DNA of 64,000 nucleotides from Patescibacteria group bacterium (GCA_004297205.1 SCUL01000002.1:316594-380593); one strand, 5' to 3'; shown: positions 1 to 9,543, counted from the stretch's first letter. The notes: generated from the sequence alone by a model not told the origin. A program made the numbers and translations.

Positions 1-1784
1 AACCACTGCCCGCTGCTCGTCTGCTGGATCTGAACCATGTACAGCCCGTCGCGGGAGCTGACGCTGGTCTCGATCGGCGCAGACGCGTCGTTGATCTCGC
101 GGTACTCACGGCTGCAGGTGCCCGCCTCCATGTTGTACGAGATGTCGTACGACGAGGAGCCGGGGCTGCCGACGCTGACGCGGACCGTGTCCGTCATCGT
201 GCAGCTCACGCCGCACGCAGTCATGTCGCCGCCGGAACAGTCGTTGTCGAGCCCGTCGGACGGGCAGACATCGGCCGCACCGGGGTGCACGCTCGCGTTC
301 GAGTCGTTGCAGTCGCCGGTGACCGTGACGTAGTCCGTCGCGGGCGTCGTGCGGGTCACGTCGTTGCGCCCGTACCCGTCGTGGTCGGCGTCGAGGTAGT
401 ACGTCGTGGTGACGCAGCCCTCGTTGACCGAGCCGTCGCAGTCGTCGTCACCGGACGTGGTGCAGACTTCCGCGATCGGACGGACTTCGCCGGCGCACGC
501 CCCCCAGACGTAGGAGCCGCCGCTCAGGATGCACGTCTCCGTGCCCGAGCGGCAGAGGCCGACGCCCGAGGTTCCCGCCGGACCGCCGTAACAGCTGCGA
601 GTGGCGCCCGAGGTGCACACGCCGGTGGGCGCGCACCCCTCGTTGACGGTGCCGTCGCAGTCGTCGTCGAACGACGTGCTGCAGGACTCGCTCGCACCGG
701 GATTGACCCCGCTACGCGCGTCGTCGCAGTCGCCGTCGCGGCTGACGTAGCCGGGCGGAGCGCTCATCGCGCTCACCGAGCCGGTCGGCGCGCCGTAGGT
801 GTCGCCGTCCGCGTCGCGGTAGAACCGCATGCACCCGTCGTCGACCACGCCGTCGCAGTCGTCGTCGTACAGGTTGCCGCAGTCCTCCTGCGGCGGCATG
901 CAGGCGCCCCAGCTCAGGCCGTCGTCCGCGCAGCGCTGGCTGCCGAACACGCCGCAGATGGCGGGGCAGAACTGCACCTCGCCGGGCGTGCAGCGCACGG
1001 GCACGGTGCAGTCCTCGTCGACCGCACCGTCGCAGTCGTCGTCGTGGCTGTTGCCGCAACGCTCGGCCGGAGCCGAGCACGCGGTCGGCCAGTGGCCGCC
1101 CACGCACGTCTGCGAGCCCGCGTCGCCGCTGCACGAGGTCGTGCAGCTGCGGACGGCGCCGCTCACGCACTCCGCGTCGACCGCGTGGTCGCAGCGGTCC
1201 GCCGACTCGTTGCACGAGTCGAGGGTGGTGCCGTCACCGTCGCTGCAGTCGCGGGGAACGCCCGTGAAGCAGCGGTGATCGGTGCAGTGCGCATCCACCA
1301 GGCAGAACGCCCCGGTGGCGCACTCGACGTCGCGGACGCACTCGCTCGCGGCCGGGTTGCAGTCCGGGTCGAGGGTGTCCGGGTCCGGACAGGAGCCGGG
1401 CGTCGCACAGGGCGACTCCCCGCAGTCCTCGTCCACCCCGTTGCCGCAGTTCCCCGACTCGGGGTTCTCTGCGGTTCCCGGGCTGATCGCCCGGGCGTCG
1501 TCGTTACAGTCGCCGGCGTTCGGGTCGAGCGCCTCGCCGCTGTCGCAGCAGTCCCCGTCGCTGTTGGCGTCGTGGCCTGCCGGGCAGTAGCTGTCGCCGT
1601 CCTGGTCCCGCGTCGCCGGCGCGCTCTCGCACGCCGTCGGCACGGGGCCGCCGTCGGACGTCGGCACGATGCCGGCGTCGTCCGCGGGACCCGAGCGCGG
1701 TCCCGTCTCCTCGGGGTCGTAGCACCCCGCGATGCTGATCACCGCGAGCGCCGCGGCCGCGAACGAGATGGAACGCTTCGTCAT
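1..1784 (-). CDS. Cys/Asp-rich lipoprotein with repeated myxobacterial-type putative metal-binding (MopE-like) motifs; 3' end lies outside the window
   Basis: Not in the ORF track because it runs off the window. Manual translation from ATG 1784 (GGAGG upstream) gives MTKRSISFAAAALAVISIAG-C (lipobox-like), then repeats such as DCNDDARAISPG and CGNSHDDDCDGAVDEDC. The frame is still open at the window edge. Confidence 0.8.
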   Translation of the reverse strand, partial: MTKRSISFAAAALAVISIAGCYDPEETGPRSGPADDAGIVPTSDGGPVPTACESAPATRDQDGDSYCPAGHDANSDGDCCDSGEALDPNAGDCNDDARAISPGTAENPESGNCGNGVDEDCGESPCATPGSCPDPDTLDPDCNPAASECVRDVECATGAFCLVDAHCTDHRCFTGVPRDCSDGDGTTLDSCNESADRCDHAVDAECVSGAVRSCTTSCSGDAGSQTCVGGHWPTACSAPAERCGNSHDDDCDGAVDEDCTVPVRCTPGEVQFCPAICGVFGSQRCADDGLSWGACMPPQEDCGNLYDDDCDGVVDDGCMRFYRDADGDTYGAPTGSVSAMSAPPGYVSRDGDCDDARSGVNPGASESCSTSFDDDCDGTVNEGCAPTGVCTSGATRSCYGGPAGTSGVGLCRSGTETCILSGGSYVWGACAGEVRPIAEVCTTSGDDDCDGSVNEGCVTTTYYLDADHDGYGRNDVTRTTPATDYVTVTGDCNDSNASVHPGAADVCPSDGLDNDCSGGDMTACGVSCTMTDTVRVSVGSPGSSSYDISYNMEAGTCSREYREINDASAPIETSVSSRDGLYMVQIQQTSSGQW

Positions 1785-2078
1785 GGTCCGATCCTCCGTG
1801 CTGTAGTTCTTCGTCATTGTCGTGCCTTTCGTCGTACGGTCAGCGATTCGACATCCCGCACCTGCGGAACGCCAGGGTCGCTGCACCGTACGTGCACGCC
1901 CCGATCCGCGGACCAGTCATGATCCACGCGTCGGGACGTGCAGAGGCAGCATTCAAGGAACGCATGCGGGCACCTCGGGGAGATGCGCGCGTTGATTCAT
2001 TGAAGGAAAAAATGTGTCCTGAGCGGAGAGAGGTGGTTGTCCCTCTCTCCGCTCAGGCGTCAGCGTCCGCCGAGTCCG

Positions 2079-3674
2079 CTAGAACTCGAGCTGGGCGCCG
2101 AACATGATGCCGGGGGCCGCGTGCGGCTCGGACTGATCCGAGTCCGCGAACCCCGCCATCCCGCGGACGAAGATCCGGGCGCGTGCGGCGCTGTCGTCGT
2201 CCCCGAGGGACACCGCCAGGTCGCCGTACCCGCCGAATCCGGTGCTGACACCGACCGTGCCGTCGCGCAGATCGGTACCGTTCGTACCGAATGCGCCCAA
2301 CGTCAGGTCGAGGTCCGCGCCGTCCGTCTCGACGAGACGGAAGCTCATCCCGGTGCCGATGCTGATGTGCAGCTCGGGGCGCCGCGTCACGGTGACGCCC
2401 GCGTAGCCCCAGAGCGACCAGCCGATGCGCGGCTGGAACCACCAGGTGCCGTCCAGTGCCAGACCGACCGTAAAGGTCTCGTCGTTGTACTGGATGGCCG
2501 GTCCGACCGAGAGGTCGAACTCGCCCGGCAGCGCAGGCCGCGCCTCGCAACGATGCGTCTCCGTGTTGTAGGAAGCGTCGGTGTCGACGCACTCCTCGAG
2601 GCACACCATGCTGTCCGTACGGACAACGCGGAGCGTCTCCGTCTCGCCGGTCGGCGCGCGGGTTTCCTCGTGGGTCACCCGTCCGTACCGCCGCCCATTG
2701 GCGAGGCACTCGTCCGCGTCGTGGAGGACCGATACCTCCTCCCAGAGGTCGGCGATCTGCTCGCGCGCCCACTGGTCGATGAACTCCGGGGTCACCGGGG
2801 GCTCACCGCCCTCCACGAACTGACGGAGGGTGACGCAGCGGGGATCGCTTTCCCCGAGACGCGCGCAGAGCCGCTGCGTACGCGGCTCGTACTCGAGCCG
2901 CAACGCACCGAGGCTGTCGTCCTCGTCACAGGCGTCGCCCTCCGCGTCGGTGTCCCTGTCGGCCTGGTCCGGGTTCGGATTCAGCCTGCAGTTATCGTAC
3001 GGAAGGCAATCCCCGGAGAGGTCCGGCACGCCGTCGTTGTCGGCGTCGAGCAGGGTGTTGCACCGTGCATCGACGACGGTCGGCAGCGGAACCGGATCGG
3101 GCGTGCGGTCGGGGCGGGGCGTCCGAGGACGTACCACCACCGGACGCGGACGGCAGCGCTCGGCGATGCGGAACCCCGCTGCGGGGCTGCACCACGACGC
3201 CGTCGTCGACCGGGCGTTGCGGCAGTGCCGCCCCGCCGAGCCGCTCGCACACTGGCATGCCTCCCGGGTATCCCCGGGCGCACACCAGGTGCCGTGACCG
3301 CGCTGCGTACAGATGCCCTCGCACGCGAGGTCGGGCATGTCCGCGGTGCGACCGCACTCGCCGCTGGCGATGATGCTCACCGCGGCGGCGAGCGCCTCCT
3401 GCGTCAGACGCAGGTTGGCGGCGCAGGTCACGTTCCGCTCCTCGCAGGCCGTGAGGCCGCGAGAAGCCTCGGTGATGAGCTCCCGCGCACGCCGCTCGTG
3501 CTCGGGGTCGCCGGTACCGCAGATCGCGGTCATCCCCTCGGCGCGCCGCTGAATCTCCCACGCGTTGTGACACGCGGGGATCGCGGCGCACTCGGCCGTT
3601 TCCTGCGCCTCCGCGGGAGCGGCGGCGAGGACGGCGGCCGTCAGGACGAGACCGATCAGAATCTTCTCACGCAT
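2079..3674 (-). CDS. Secreted Cys-rich protein with TSP3-like DxDxDG repeat and beta-strand-rich C-terminus ending in Phe
   Basis: ATG 3674 with AAGGAGG Shine-Dalgarno; signal peptide ending AEA; DADNDGVPD...DNC..NPNPDQADRDTD motif; C-terminus GIMFGAQLEF. Confidence 0.75.
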   Translation of the reverse strand: MREKILIGLVLTAAVLAAAPAEAQETAECAAIPACHNAWEIQRRAEGMTAICGTGDPEHERRARELITEASRGLTACEERNVTCAANLRLTQEALAAAVSIIASGECGRTADMPDLACEGICTQRGHGTWCAPGDTREACQCASGSAGRHCRNARSTTASWCSPAAGFRIAERCRPRPVVVRPRTPRPDRTPDPVPLPTVVDARCNTLLDADNDGVPDLSGDCLPYDNCRLNPNPDQADRDTDAEGDACDEDDSLGALRLEYEPRTQRLCARLGESDPRCVTLRQFVEGGEPPVTPEFIDQWAREQIADLWEEVSVLHDADECLANGRRYGRVTHEETRAPTGETETLRVVRTDSMVCLEECVDTDASYNTETHRCEARPALPGEFDLSVGPAIQYNDETFTVGLALDGTWWFQPRIGWSLWGYAGVTVTRRPELHISIGTGMSFRLVETDGADLDLTLGAFGTNGTDLRDGTVGVSTGFGGYGDLAVSLGDDDSAARARIFVRGMAGFADSDQSEPHAAPGIMFGAQLEF

Positions 3675-3889
3675 GGTCGTTCCTCCTTGCCTACGAGACG
3701 CGATGGTCACTGCAAACGTGCAGCAACCTGGAGCGCCTCATAGGCCGCGCTCCGAACCGAAGTTCAGTTTCCTCAACTCCGATGCGGAGCGAGGAGGGCG
3801 GCCATGCATGTCTTCGTCGTATATGTAAGGAACAGAACAGGGTTCCCCGCAATGGAGGAACCCTGTCGAAAACAGGCCCCTCCGTTACG

Positions 3890-3909
3890 CCTGCCTGACG
3901 GCAGGCAGG
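3890..3909. repeat. Small palindrome CCTGCCTG-ACGG-CAGGCAGG
   Basis: Perfect 8-bp arms; a related copy lies at 26808-26827. Confidence 0.7.
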
Positions 3910-4006
3910 GAAGCCCTGGAGTGGTTTGGTGTGAGTCCTCGTGATGAGGAGGAGGCATCCCGGGCCTCGCACCAAACCGCCTCAAGGCTCCCAAAATCAA
4001 CGGCGG

Positions 4007-4035
4007 ACTATACCACGGTCGGCGGGTTTTGTCAA
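4007..4035 (-). promoter_or_regulatory. Sigma70-type promoter upstream of 2079..3674
   Basis: Minus strand reads TTGACA-17 nt-TATAGT, with an extended -10 TG. Confidence 0.65.
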
Positions 4036-4191
4036 CCCTTTCCCTGGCATAACCGGATTGCCGGGGGGCCATTCCCAGCAATCTCGCAAAAAAGACCGTA
4101 TTTTCAGCCTTTTCCGTCCGTTTTCAACGATGCGGGGACCCTAGCAAACGAAAAAACAGGGGTCAAGGCCCCTGTTTTCCCTTGTGAATGA

Positions 4192-4650
4192 CTAGAGCGG
4201 CGGGTCCACCACCAACACTTGCGGGTTTCCCGCCAGGTATTCCCCGCCCCGACGGACCAGCACGTCGGCCACGGCCTGGGCGATCCGTCCGGCCTGCTCA
4301 CGGTCGCGGTGCAGCACGCTGAGGGTCAGCAGGCCGGTCTTTTCGTCGGTCTGAGAGCGAATGGTTTTCTGCCAGCGGGCCCGCCGGTCGGCGTCCTTGT
4401 CGCCGAAATCGGCCCAGGAAATCTGCGGGTCCTGGGCCGCCACTTTGGTGAAAAAATCGCTGCTCTCGACGACCGCGGCCAGCACCCGGACGCCGTGGGC
4501 GGCTTCGGCAACGTCGCTGCGCGGGACCACCAAAAGACGCACCGTCGCCCCAGAGCGCCGCGGCAGGAGAAACAGGCCGGCTGCCGCTATGGCCAGCCCG
4601 ACGAGAACAAAAAGCAGGACCGGCCGAAGCTGCGTGGGACGAAATGCCAT
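4192..4650 (-). CDS. Membrane-anchored protein, Wzz/CapA chain-length-regulator-like N-terminal domain
   Basis: One N-terminal TM helix; AVVESSDFFTKV and TGLLTLSVLHRDREQAGRIAQAVA resemble Wzz-like folds. Confidence 0.5.
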   Translation of the reverse strand: MAFRPTQLRPVLLFVLVGLAIAAAGLFLLPRRSGATVRLLVVPRSDVAEAAHGVRVLAAVVESSDFFTKVAAQDPQISWADFGDKDADRRARWQKTIRSQTDEKTGLLTLSVLHRDREQAGRIAQAVADVLVRRGGEYLAGNPQVLVVDPPL

Positions 4651-4651
4651 A

Positions 4652-5686
4652 TCAAGGCGCGAGCGTTACGGGGATGCGGAGTTCCTGCCCGTCGCGCAGC
4701 ACGAGCAATTCCGGCCGGGCGCCGGCGGCGTACTCGGCCAGGATTTCCCCCAGCGGGCGGGAAGCGGTCACCGCGTCGCTGCCGACGGAGCGGACCAGAT
4801 CGCCGACGCGCAGCCCCGCGTCCGTGCGGCGCACCTCGGTCACATACCAGCCGCCGCGGACGGCAAGCGCCGGATCAGGCACGGAGACGGAGGCCAGCGG
4901 CAGTCCGCGCACGCCGATGTCGGTGGCGGCCACGCTGCGCTCGGCCAGCACGCGGCCCAAAGCGATGCGCAGGACTTCGACCGGCAGCGCCTTCCCCTGC
5001 TCCCCGACCTTGCTCGGCAAGGCCATGCCGACCAATTCGCCGTTGCCGGTGAAGACGGGCGTGCCCGGCGGCGCCACGACGGCCGCGACTGCCAGACGGC
5101 GACGGAAGTCGGCGGTGGTTTCCGGGAGCGACGGCGCGCCGTCGCGCACGGCGGCGGACACGAACGGCACCGGTGCGAAGCCGCCGGCCGCCGGCGTGAA
5201 CAGGCCGTCTCCGGCTTCAAGGGTGCGACTGTCGCCGAACACGGCCACGGTCAGATCGCGGCCGTCGGTTTTGAGAAAGACGAGATTGAAGGCGGCTGCA
5301 TCGACGTTGCGCTGCACGGTCAGATCGCGGCCGTCGGCGGAAACAAGGGCGGCCTCGGCGCTCCACGTCGAACGTTCCACGGCCACCCAGCCGTCAGCGG
5401 TCAGAACCACGCCGGCGCCGCGCTGTTGGTCCGGCGCAAAGACCGTCCCGGCGGCGGTCGCGGTGCCGGCGCCGCCGTAGACGCGGACCATGGCGGCTGC
5501 GGACCGCGACAGCGCTTCGGCATCGACGGCATTTTGGACGCTGCGGCCGGCCCGCTGCGTGGCGGCGTCCGGCACGGTCGGCGGCAGAACGTAGGCGGCA
5601 ACGACGAGCGCCGCAGCCACGCCCGCGACCGAGGCAACGAGCGCGGTGACGATAATCAACGGGAGCAAGGAGGTGCGGGACGCCAT
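4652..5686 (-). CDS. HtrA-like trypsin/PDZ protein with degenerate catalytic motifs
   Basis: GAGVVLTADGWV, FGDSRTLEAGD, GTPVFTGNGELVGM and a PDZ-like GLRVGDLVRSV; lacks the TNxH and GNSGG motifs. Confidence 0.65.
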   Translation of the reverse strand: MASRTSLLPLIIVTALVASVAGVAAALVVAAYVLPPTVPDAATQRAGRSVQNAVDAEALSRSAAAMVRVYGGAGTATAAGTVFAPDQQRGAGVVLTADGWVAVERSTWSAEAALVSADGRDLTVQRNVDAAAFNLVFLKTDGRDLTVAVFGDSRTLEAGDGLFTPAAGGFAPVPFVSAAVRDGAPSLPETTADFRRRLAVAAVVAPPGTPVFTGNGELVGMALPSKVGEQGKALPVEVLRIALGRVLAERSVAATDIGVRGLPLASVSVPDPALAVRGGWYVTEVRRTDAGLRVGDLVRSVGSDAVTASRPLGEILAEYAAGARPELLVLRDGQELRIPVTLAP

Positions 5687-5687
5687 A

Positions 5688-6452
5688 TCAGATCCAACGG
5701 GCCGTGCCGACAATGGCCACGGCGGCGAGCAGCGCCACGCCGGCGTAGCGCTGGATGACGCGCGTGTTGCAAGCCGCAAGCGCATGGGCGCGCAGCAGAC
5801 CGACCACGGCGTAGTAGGTCACGGCCAGCGCCGCCCCGGCCACCAGGAACGACACGGGCAGGAGCAGGAGCGCGGCCGCGGCTTCGGCCAGCAGCAACGA
5901 CCCGGCGAACACGAGGCCGGGCAGCCGATGCCCGCGCACTTTGCTCACCCAGAGCGTTTCCGCCACGAGCAGCCCGGCCACCCCGAGCACGGTCGAAGCG
6001 ACCACCCATTGCGGCAGGGACAGCAGCGATACGTACCCCAAGATGGAGGCGCCGATCAGAAAAAAGGCGGCGAGGTTGGCGGCCAGCGACAGCGATTCCA
6101 ACGCGTAGGGCTGATAGCGCGCGGGTTGGCGGACGAACAGGAAATGAGTGTACCCGAAGAGCGCCGTCAGAACGCTGGTGCCGACGGCGACGCCGATGCC
6201 GACCCCGCGGTTCTCGAGCAGGAACAGGAACGCGGTGGCGCCGAAGACCAGCGCCACCGGCGGCACCGCCAAAAACCAGAAGGCTCCGGAGCGCGCTTCT
6301 TTGCCGGAAATGACGATGAAGGAGACGAGGAAAACCGCGAGCCAGGCCGCGAAGAGCGGCGGCGCGCCGAGCGGCTCGCGGAGCGCGACCGTGAACAGCA
6401 GCGCGGCGGCGAGCCCCGGCACGAGCGACAAGATGTGCCGAAGCAGCGGCAT
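5688..6452 (-). CDS. Polytopic membrane protein (DUF5656-like)
   Basis: About 8 hydrophobic segments, PARYQPYALE loop, C-terminal TARW; family recalled from memory. Confidence 0.55.
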   Translation of the reverse strand: MPLLRHILSLVPGLAAALLFTVALREPLGAPPLFAAWLAVFLVSFIVISGKEARSGAFWFLAVPPVALVFGATAFLFLLENRGVGIGVAVGTSVLTALFGYTHFLFVRQPARYQPYALESLSLAANLAAFFLIGASILGYVSLLSLPQWVVASTVLGVAGLLVAETLWVSKVRGHRLPGLVFAGSLLLAEAAAALLLLPVSFLVAGAALAVTYYAVVGLLRAHALAACNTRVIQRYAGVALLAAVAIVGTARWI

Positions 6453-6456
6453 GGGC

Positions 6457-6864
6457 TTAGGAAGAAAACGCCTCGACGGCGGCAACCAAGGCGGCGCGCG
6501 CCTCCGGAGACGGGTCTTGTTCAAAGCGGGTCAGAGCCAGGATGAGGGCCAGATGCGCTTCGCGGGCGGCAGCAGGAACGGTCAGCCCCATCAGCGCGTT
6601 TTTGGCACGTACCGCCGCGGCGGGCAGGACGGCCTCATCGCCCGCGGCGAGCGACGCGGCAAGCGCGGCAACGGCGTCCTCCGAGGCCGGTTCGTACTCG
6701 GCCAGCGGACGGGCGGCAACCGGCGCCGCACCGGTCGCGGACGCGGACGGACCGCGGCGCAGGAGGCCGATGACGACGGCCCGGCCGGTCACGGCAAGCA
6801 GGGCGAACGCCGCCAGGCCGATGAGCAGCGCCAGGATGCGCACCGCGGCGGCCGGCATCTTCAT
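6457..6864 (-). CDS. Hypothetical membrane-anchored protein
   Basis: ATG 6864 overlaps the upstream stop; N-terminal TM helix; LMGLTVPAAAREAHLAL. Confidence 0.6.
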   Translation of the reverse strand: MKMPAAAVRILALLIGLAAFALLAVTGRAVVIGLLRRGPSASATGAAPVAARPLAEYEPASEDAVAALAASLAAGDEAVLPAAAVRAKNALMGLTVPAAAREAHLALILALTRFEQDPSPEARAALVAAVEAFSS

Positions 6865-7901
6865 AGCTCCGGCGCTTCGCCGCGGCGCAGCGCGAGGTAA
6901 TCCTTCACGAAGACGATGGCCGAGGTGGCGATGGGGATGGCCACGAGCGCGCCGATGACGCCGCCCAGCCGTGCGCCGATCATGACCGAGAAAATCGAGA
7001 TGAGCGGGTTGATGCCGACGGCCTTTTGCATGACCTTGGGAACGAGCACGTGGTTCTCCAGCTGCTGGATGATGATGACGAGGACGATCACGAGGCCCGC
7101 CTTCACCGGCGAATCGGACAGCGCCATGATGAAGGCCGGCACGAGCGCCAAGAGCGGCCCGACGTACGGGATGAACTCCATCAGCCCGGCAAAGAGGCCG
7201 AGCACCAGCGCATACTTCACGTCCAACAGCGCCAACCCGCCGTACATGACGAGCCCGATGATCAGCATCAGAATGAGCTGCCCGCGCAGCCACAGGCCCA
7301 TTTTCTCCTGGGCTTTGCCGAGCGCGACCGTGAGGATGGCGTAATGCTCGGCCGGGATGAGCGATTTGACCATCCGACGGATGGCCTCCTCCTCGACCAC
7401 CATGTAGAAGGAAATGACGAGGACCAGGACGAAGGTGATGACGTCGACGATGGCGCCGCGGATGCCGGAGAAGGCACCGAAGGCGGCGTCGGAGATGGTG
7501 TTGCCGATGTTCGGCAGCGAGCCCTGTGTCGAGCTGAAGCCGAGGAACGTTTTGCCGAAGTCGAGCCAGCTCGGCAGCCAGTCGCGCATCAGCACGGAGA
7601 CGCTCTTGAACAGTTCGCTCGATTCGGTGACGACCGGCGGAACAATCTGCGAGAGCACGGCCGAGACGATGGCGATGAGCACGATGTAGACCGCGCCGAC
7701 GGCCAGCGCGCGCGGGATGCGCCGTTTCTCCGCCCAGTGCGCCAGGGGCAGGATCAACGCGGCCAACACGATCGACATGAACAGGATGAAGACCACTCCC
7801 GAGAGGTACCACAACAGGAAGACGCCGGCGCCGACGGCCAGCGCGCGGAGGTAGGTCTTGGTGGAAATGTGGACGACGATCTCTTGCTTGTGTTCCGCCA
7901 T
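6861..7901 (-). CDS. AI-2E family transporter (PerM/UPF0118)
   Basis: WLRGQLILM, EFIPYVGP and QQLENHVLVPKVM motifs. Confidence 0.9.
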   Translation of the reverse strand: MAEHKQEIVVHISTKTYLRALAVGAGVFLLWYLSGVVFILFMSIVLAALILPLAHWAEKRRIPRALAVGAVYIVLIAIVSAVLSQIVPPVVTESSELFKSVSVLMRDWLPSWLDFGKTFLGFSSTQGSLPNIGNTISDAAFGAFSGIRGAIVDVITFVLVLVISFYMVVEEEAIRRMVKSLIPAEHYAILTVALGKAQEKMGLWLRGQLILMLIIGLVMYGGLALLDVKYALVLGLFAGLMEFIPYVGPLLALVPAFIMALSDSPVKAGLVIVLVIIIQQLENHVLVPKVMQKAVGINPLISIFSVMIGARLGGVIGALVAIPIATSAIVFVKDYLALRRGEAPEL

Positions 7902-7950
7902 AGGACGTGGGAAGCGTACCAAAACAGCCCCAAGAACGCTATACTGGCCC

Positions 7951-7973
7951 GGGCGCGGAAACCGCGCCCCTAC
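7951..7973 (-). repeat. GTAG-type REP-like palindrome
   Basis: Minus strand GTAG-GGGCGCGG-TTT-CCGCGCCC. Confidence 0.6.
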
Positions 7974-7977
7974 GCCT

Positions 7978-8433
7978 GTGCCCGACCTTCTTGCCGACAA
8001 CCGCCGGGCCCGCCGCGACTACGAGTTCCTCCAGGAGTTCGAAGCGGGCATCGTCCTGACCGGTCCGGAGACCAAATCCGCGAAGACCGGGGGTTTGCGC
8101 TTGTCCGGCGCCTTCGTGATCATCCGCGGCGGCGAGGCCTGGCTGATCGGCGCGCACCTGGCCCGCTACAAACCGGCCGGCGCAAGCGTGCCGCAAGACC
8201 CGGACCGCAGCCGCAAGGTCCTGCTCCACAAGAAAGAACTGCAGGAAATCTCCGGAAAAATCGACAAGTCCGGATTGACACTCGTGCCTGTTTCTGCCTA
8301 TAGTAAGGGCGGCCGCGTGAAGCTCCGCATCGCGCTGGCCCGCGGAAAACGGGAGTTTGAGAAACGGGACGCGCTTCGCAAGAAGGTCGTGGCCCGCGAA
8401 ACCCGCCGCGCCCTTCTTCGCCCCAAGAAGTGA
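7978..8433 (+). CDS. smpB: SsrA-binding protein SmpB
   Basis: NRRARRDYEFLQEFEAGIVLTG, RKVLLHKKE and GKREFEKR motifs; GTG start at 7978; adjacent to tmRNA. Confidence 0.97.
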   Translation: MPDLLADNRRARRDYEFLQEFEAGIVLTGPETKSAKTGGLRLSGAFVIIRGGEAWLIGAHLARYKPAGASVPQDPDRSRKVLLHKKELQEISGKIDKSGLTLVPVSAYSKGGRVKLRIALARGKREFEKRDALRKKVVARETRRALLRPKK

Positions 8434-8446
8434 GCTCTTTCCATAC

Positions 8447-8826
8447 GGGGATGCCCGGCTTCGATAGGATGCATTCCGATGATGCGCGCGCCGCGATCCA
8501 CGGCACCCGCGTCCCAATCCGTGGAACCCTTTGAAGTGCCAACGCACTCACCAAGGTGAAGAACGCCCTGCGCGTTCCGAGCCTGGTTCCGTCGGTCGCC
8601 TAATAACGACCTGACCGTCCCCTGCTCCGCGCCTGCCGGAGCCGATCCGGACGTCATCTGCAGGCTCGCGTCTGCGCCGTGCCCCGGCGCTGCCGTCAGA
8701 TCCACGGGGCTTGCGGCGAGCGTTTTTTGAACGCTTTCACCGCTCGCCGGACTTCTAAGCGTCCTACGCGCGTAGAGCATCAGCGGTTCCGTATCTTACA
8801 CGTGGGTTCGACTCCCACCATCTCCA
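8447..8826 (+). ncRNA. ssrA: tmRNA
   Basis: 5' GGGGATG pairs with 3' CATCTCC-A (G3:U70 alanine identity); T-arm GTGGGTTCGACTCCCAC; tag ORF 8538-8603 ANALTKVKNALRVPSLVPSVA followed by two stops; follows smpB. Confidence 0.93.
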
Positions 8827-8871
8827 CTTGTGATCGACGTCCGTCGATCCCAGATGAAGATGAACACGTGC

Positions 8872-8928
8872 GTAGGGGCGACCCGATGTGGTCTCCCAGT
8901 CAGGGCAGACACACTGGTCTGCCCCTAC
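8872..8928. repeat. Inverted pair of GTAG-type REP-like units (REPIN-like)
   Basis: GTAGGGGCGACC...GGTCTGCCCCTAC. Confidence 0.6.
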
Positions 8929-8951
8929 ACCGATTAATTACTTCGTACACA

Positions 8952-9506
8952 ATGCGCATTTCGCGTCACCGCCGGAAGTTCCAACAGCGCGTCGAGGAAC
9001 CCAAATTCCGGGTCAACGAAAAAATCACCAATCCGGAGGTGCGCATCATCGACGAGAACGGCGTCCACGTCGGGGTGCTGCCCATCGCCGAGGCCATCGC
9101 CCAGGCGCACGAACGCGGTCTCGACCTGGTGGAGATTTCGCCCAAGGACGTGCCGCCGATCTGCAAATACCTGAACTACGGCCAGTTCAAGTACGAACAG
9201 GAAAAGAAGGACCGCATCCAAAAGGCGCACGCCAAGAAAGTCGAAGTGAAGGGCGTCCGGCTTTCCCTGCGCATCGGCAACCACGACCTGGACATCCGCA
9301 AATCCCAGGCCATGGCCTTCCTCGAGGACGGCGACAAGGTCCAGGTGGAGTTGATCTTGCGCGGCCGCGAGAAGGCCCATGCGCCGCTGGCCGAGAAGGT
9401 CATGTACGACTTCGTGGAGCGCGTGAAGCAGGACGTACCGGTGCGCATCGAACAGCCGGTCTCCAAGCAGGGCGGCCGCATGACCCTGCTTATTGCCAAA
9501 ACCTGA
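8952..9506 (+). CDS. infC: Translation initiation factor IF-3
   Basis: RVNEKI..EVRIID, GLDLVEISP, PPICK, FLEDGDKV and RGRE motifs. Confidence 0.96.
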   Translation: MRISRHRRKFQQRVEEPKFRVNEKITNPEVRIIDENGVHVGVLPIAEAIAQAHERGLDLVEISPKDVPPICKYLNYGQFKYEQEKKDRIQKAHAKKVEVKGVRLSLRIGNHDLDIRKSQAMAFLEDGDKVQVELILRGREKAHAPLAEKVMYDFVERVKQDVPVRIEQPVSKQGGRMTLLIAKT

Positions 9507-9543
9507 GGCCCCGGGTAGAATCCCGCCGTTCCCCTTTTTTCGT

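Noticed and set aside
8937-8954. Non-canonical ATT start for infC
   Set aside because: An in-frame ATT exists at 8937, but ATG 8952 gives a plausible N-terminus; the two cannot be distinguished from sequence alone.
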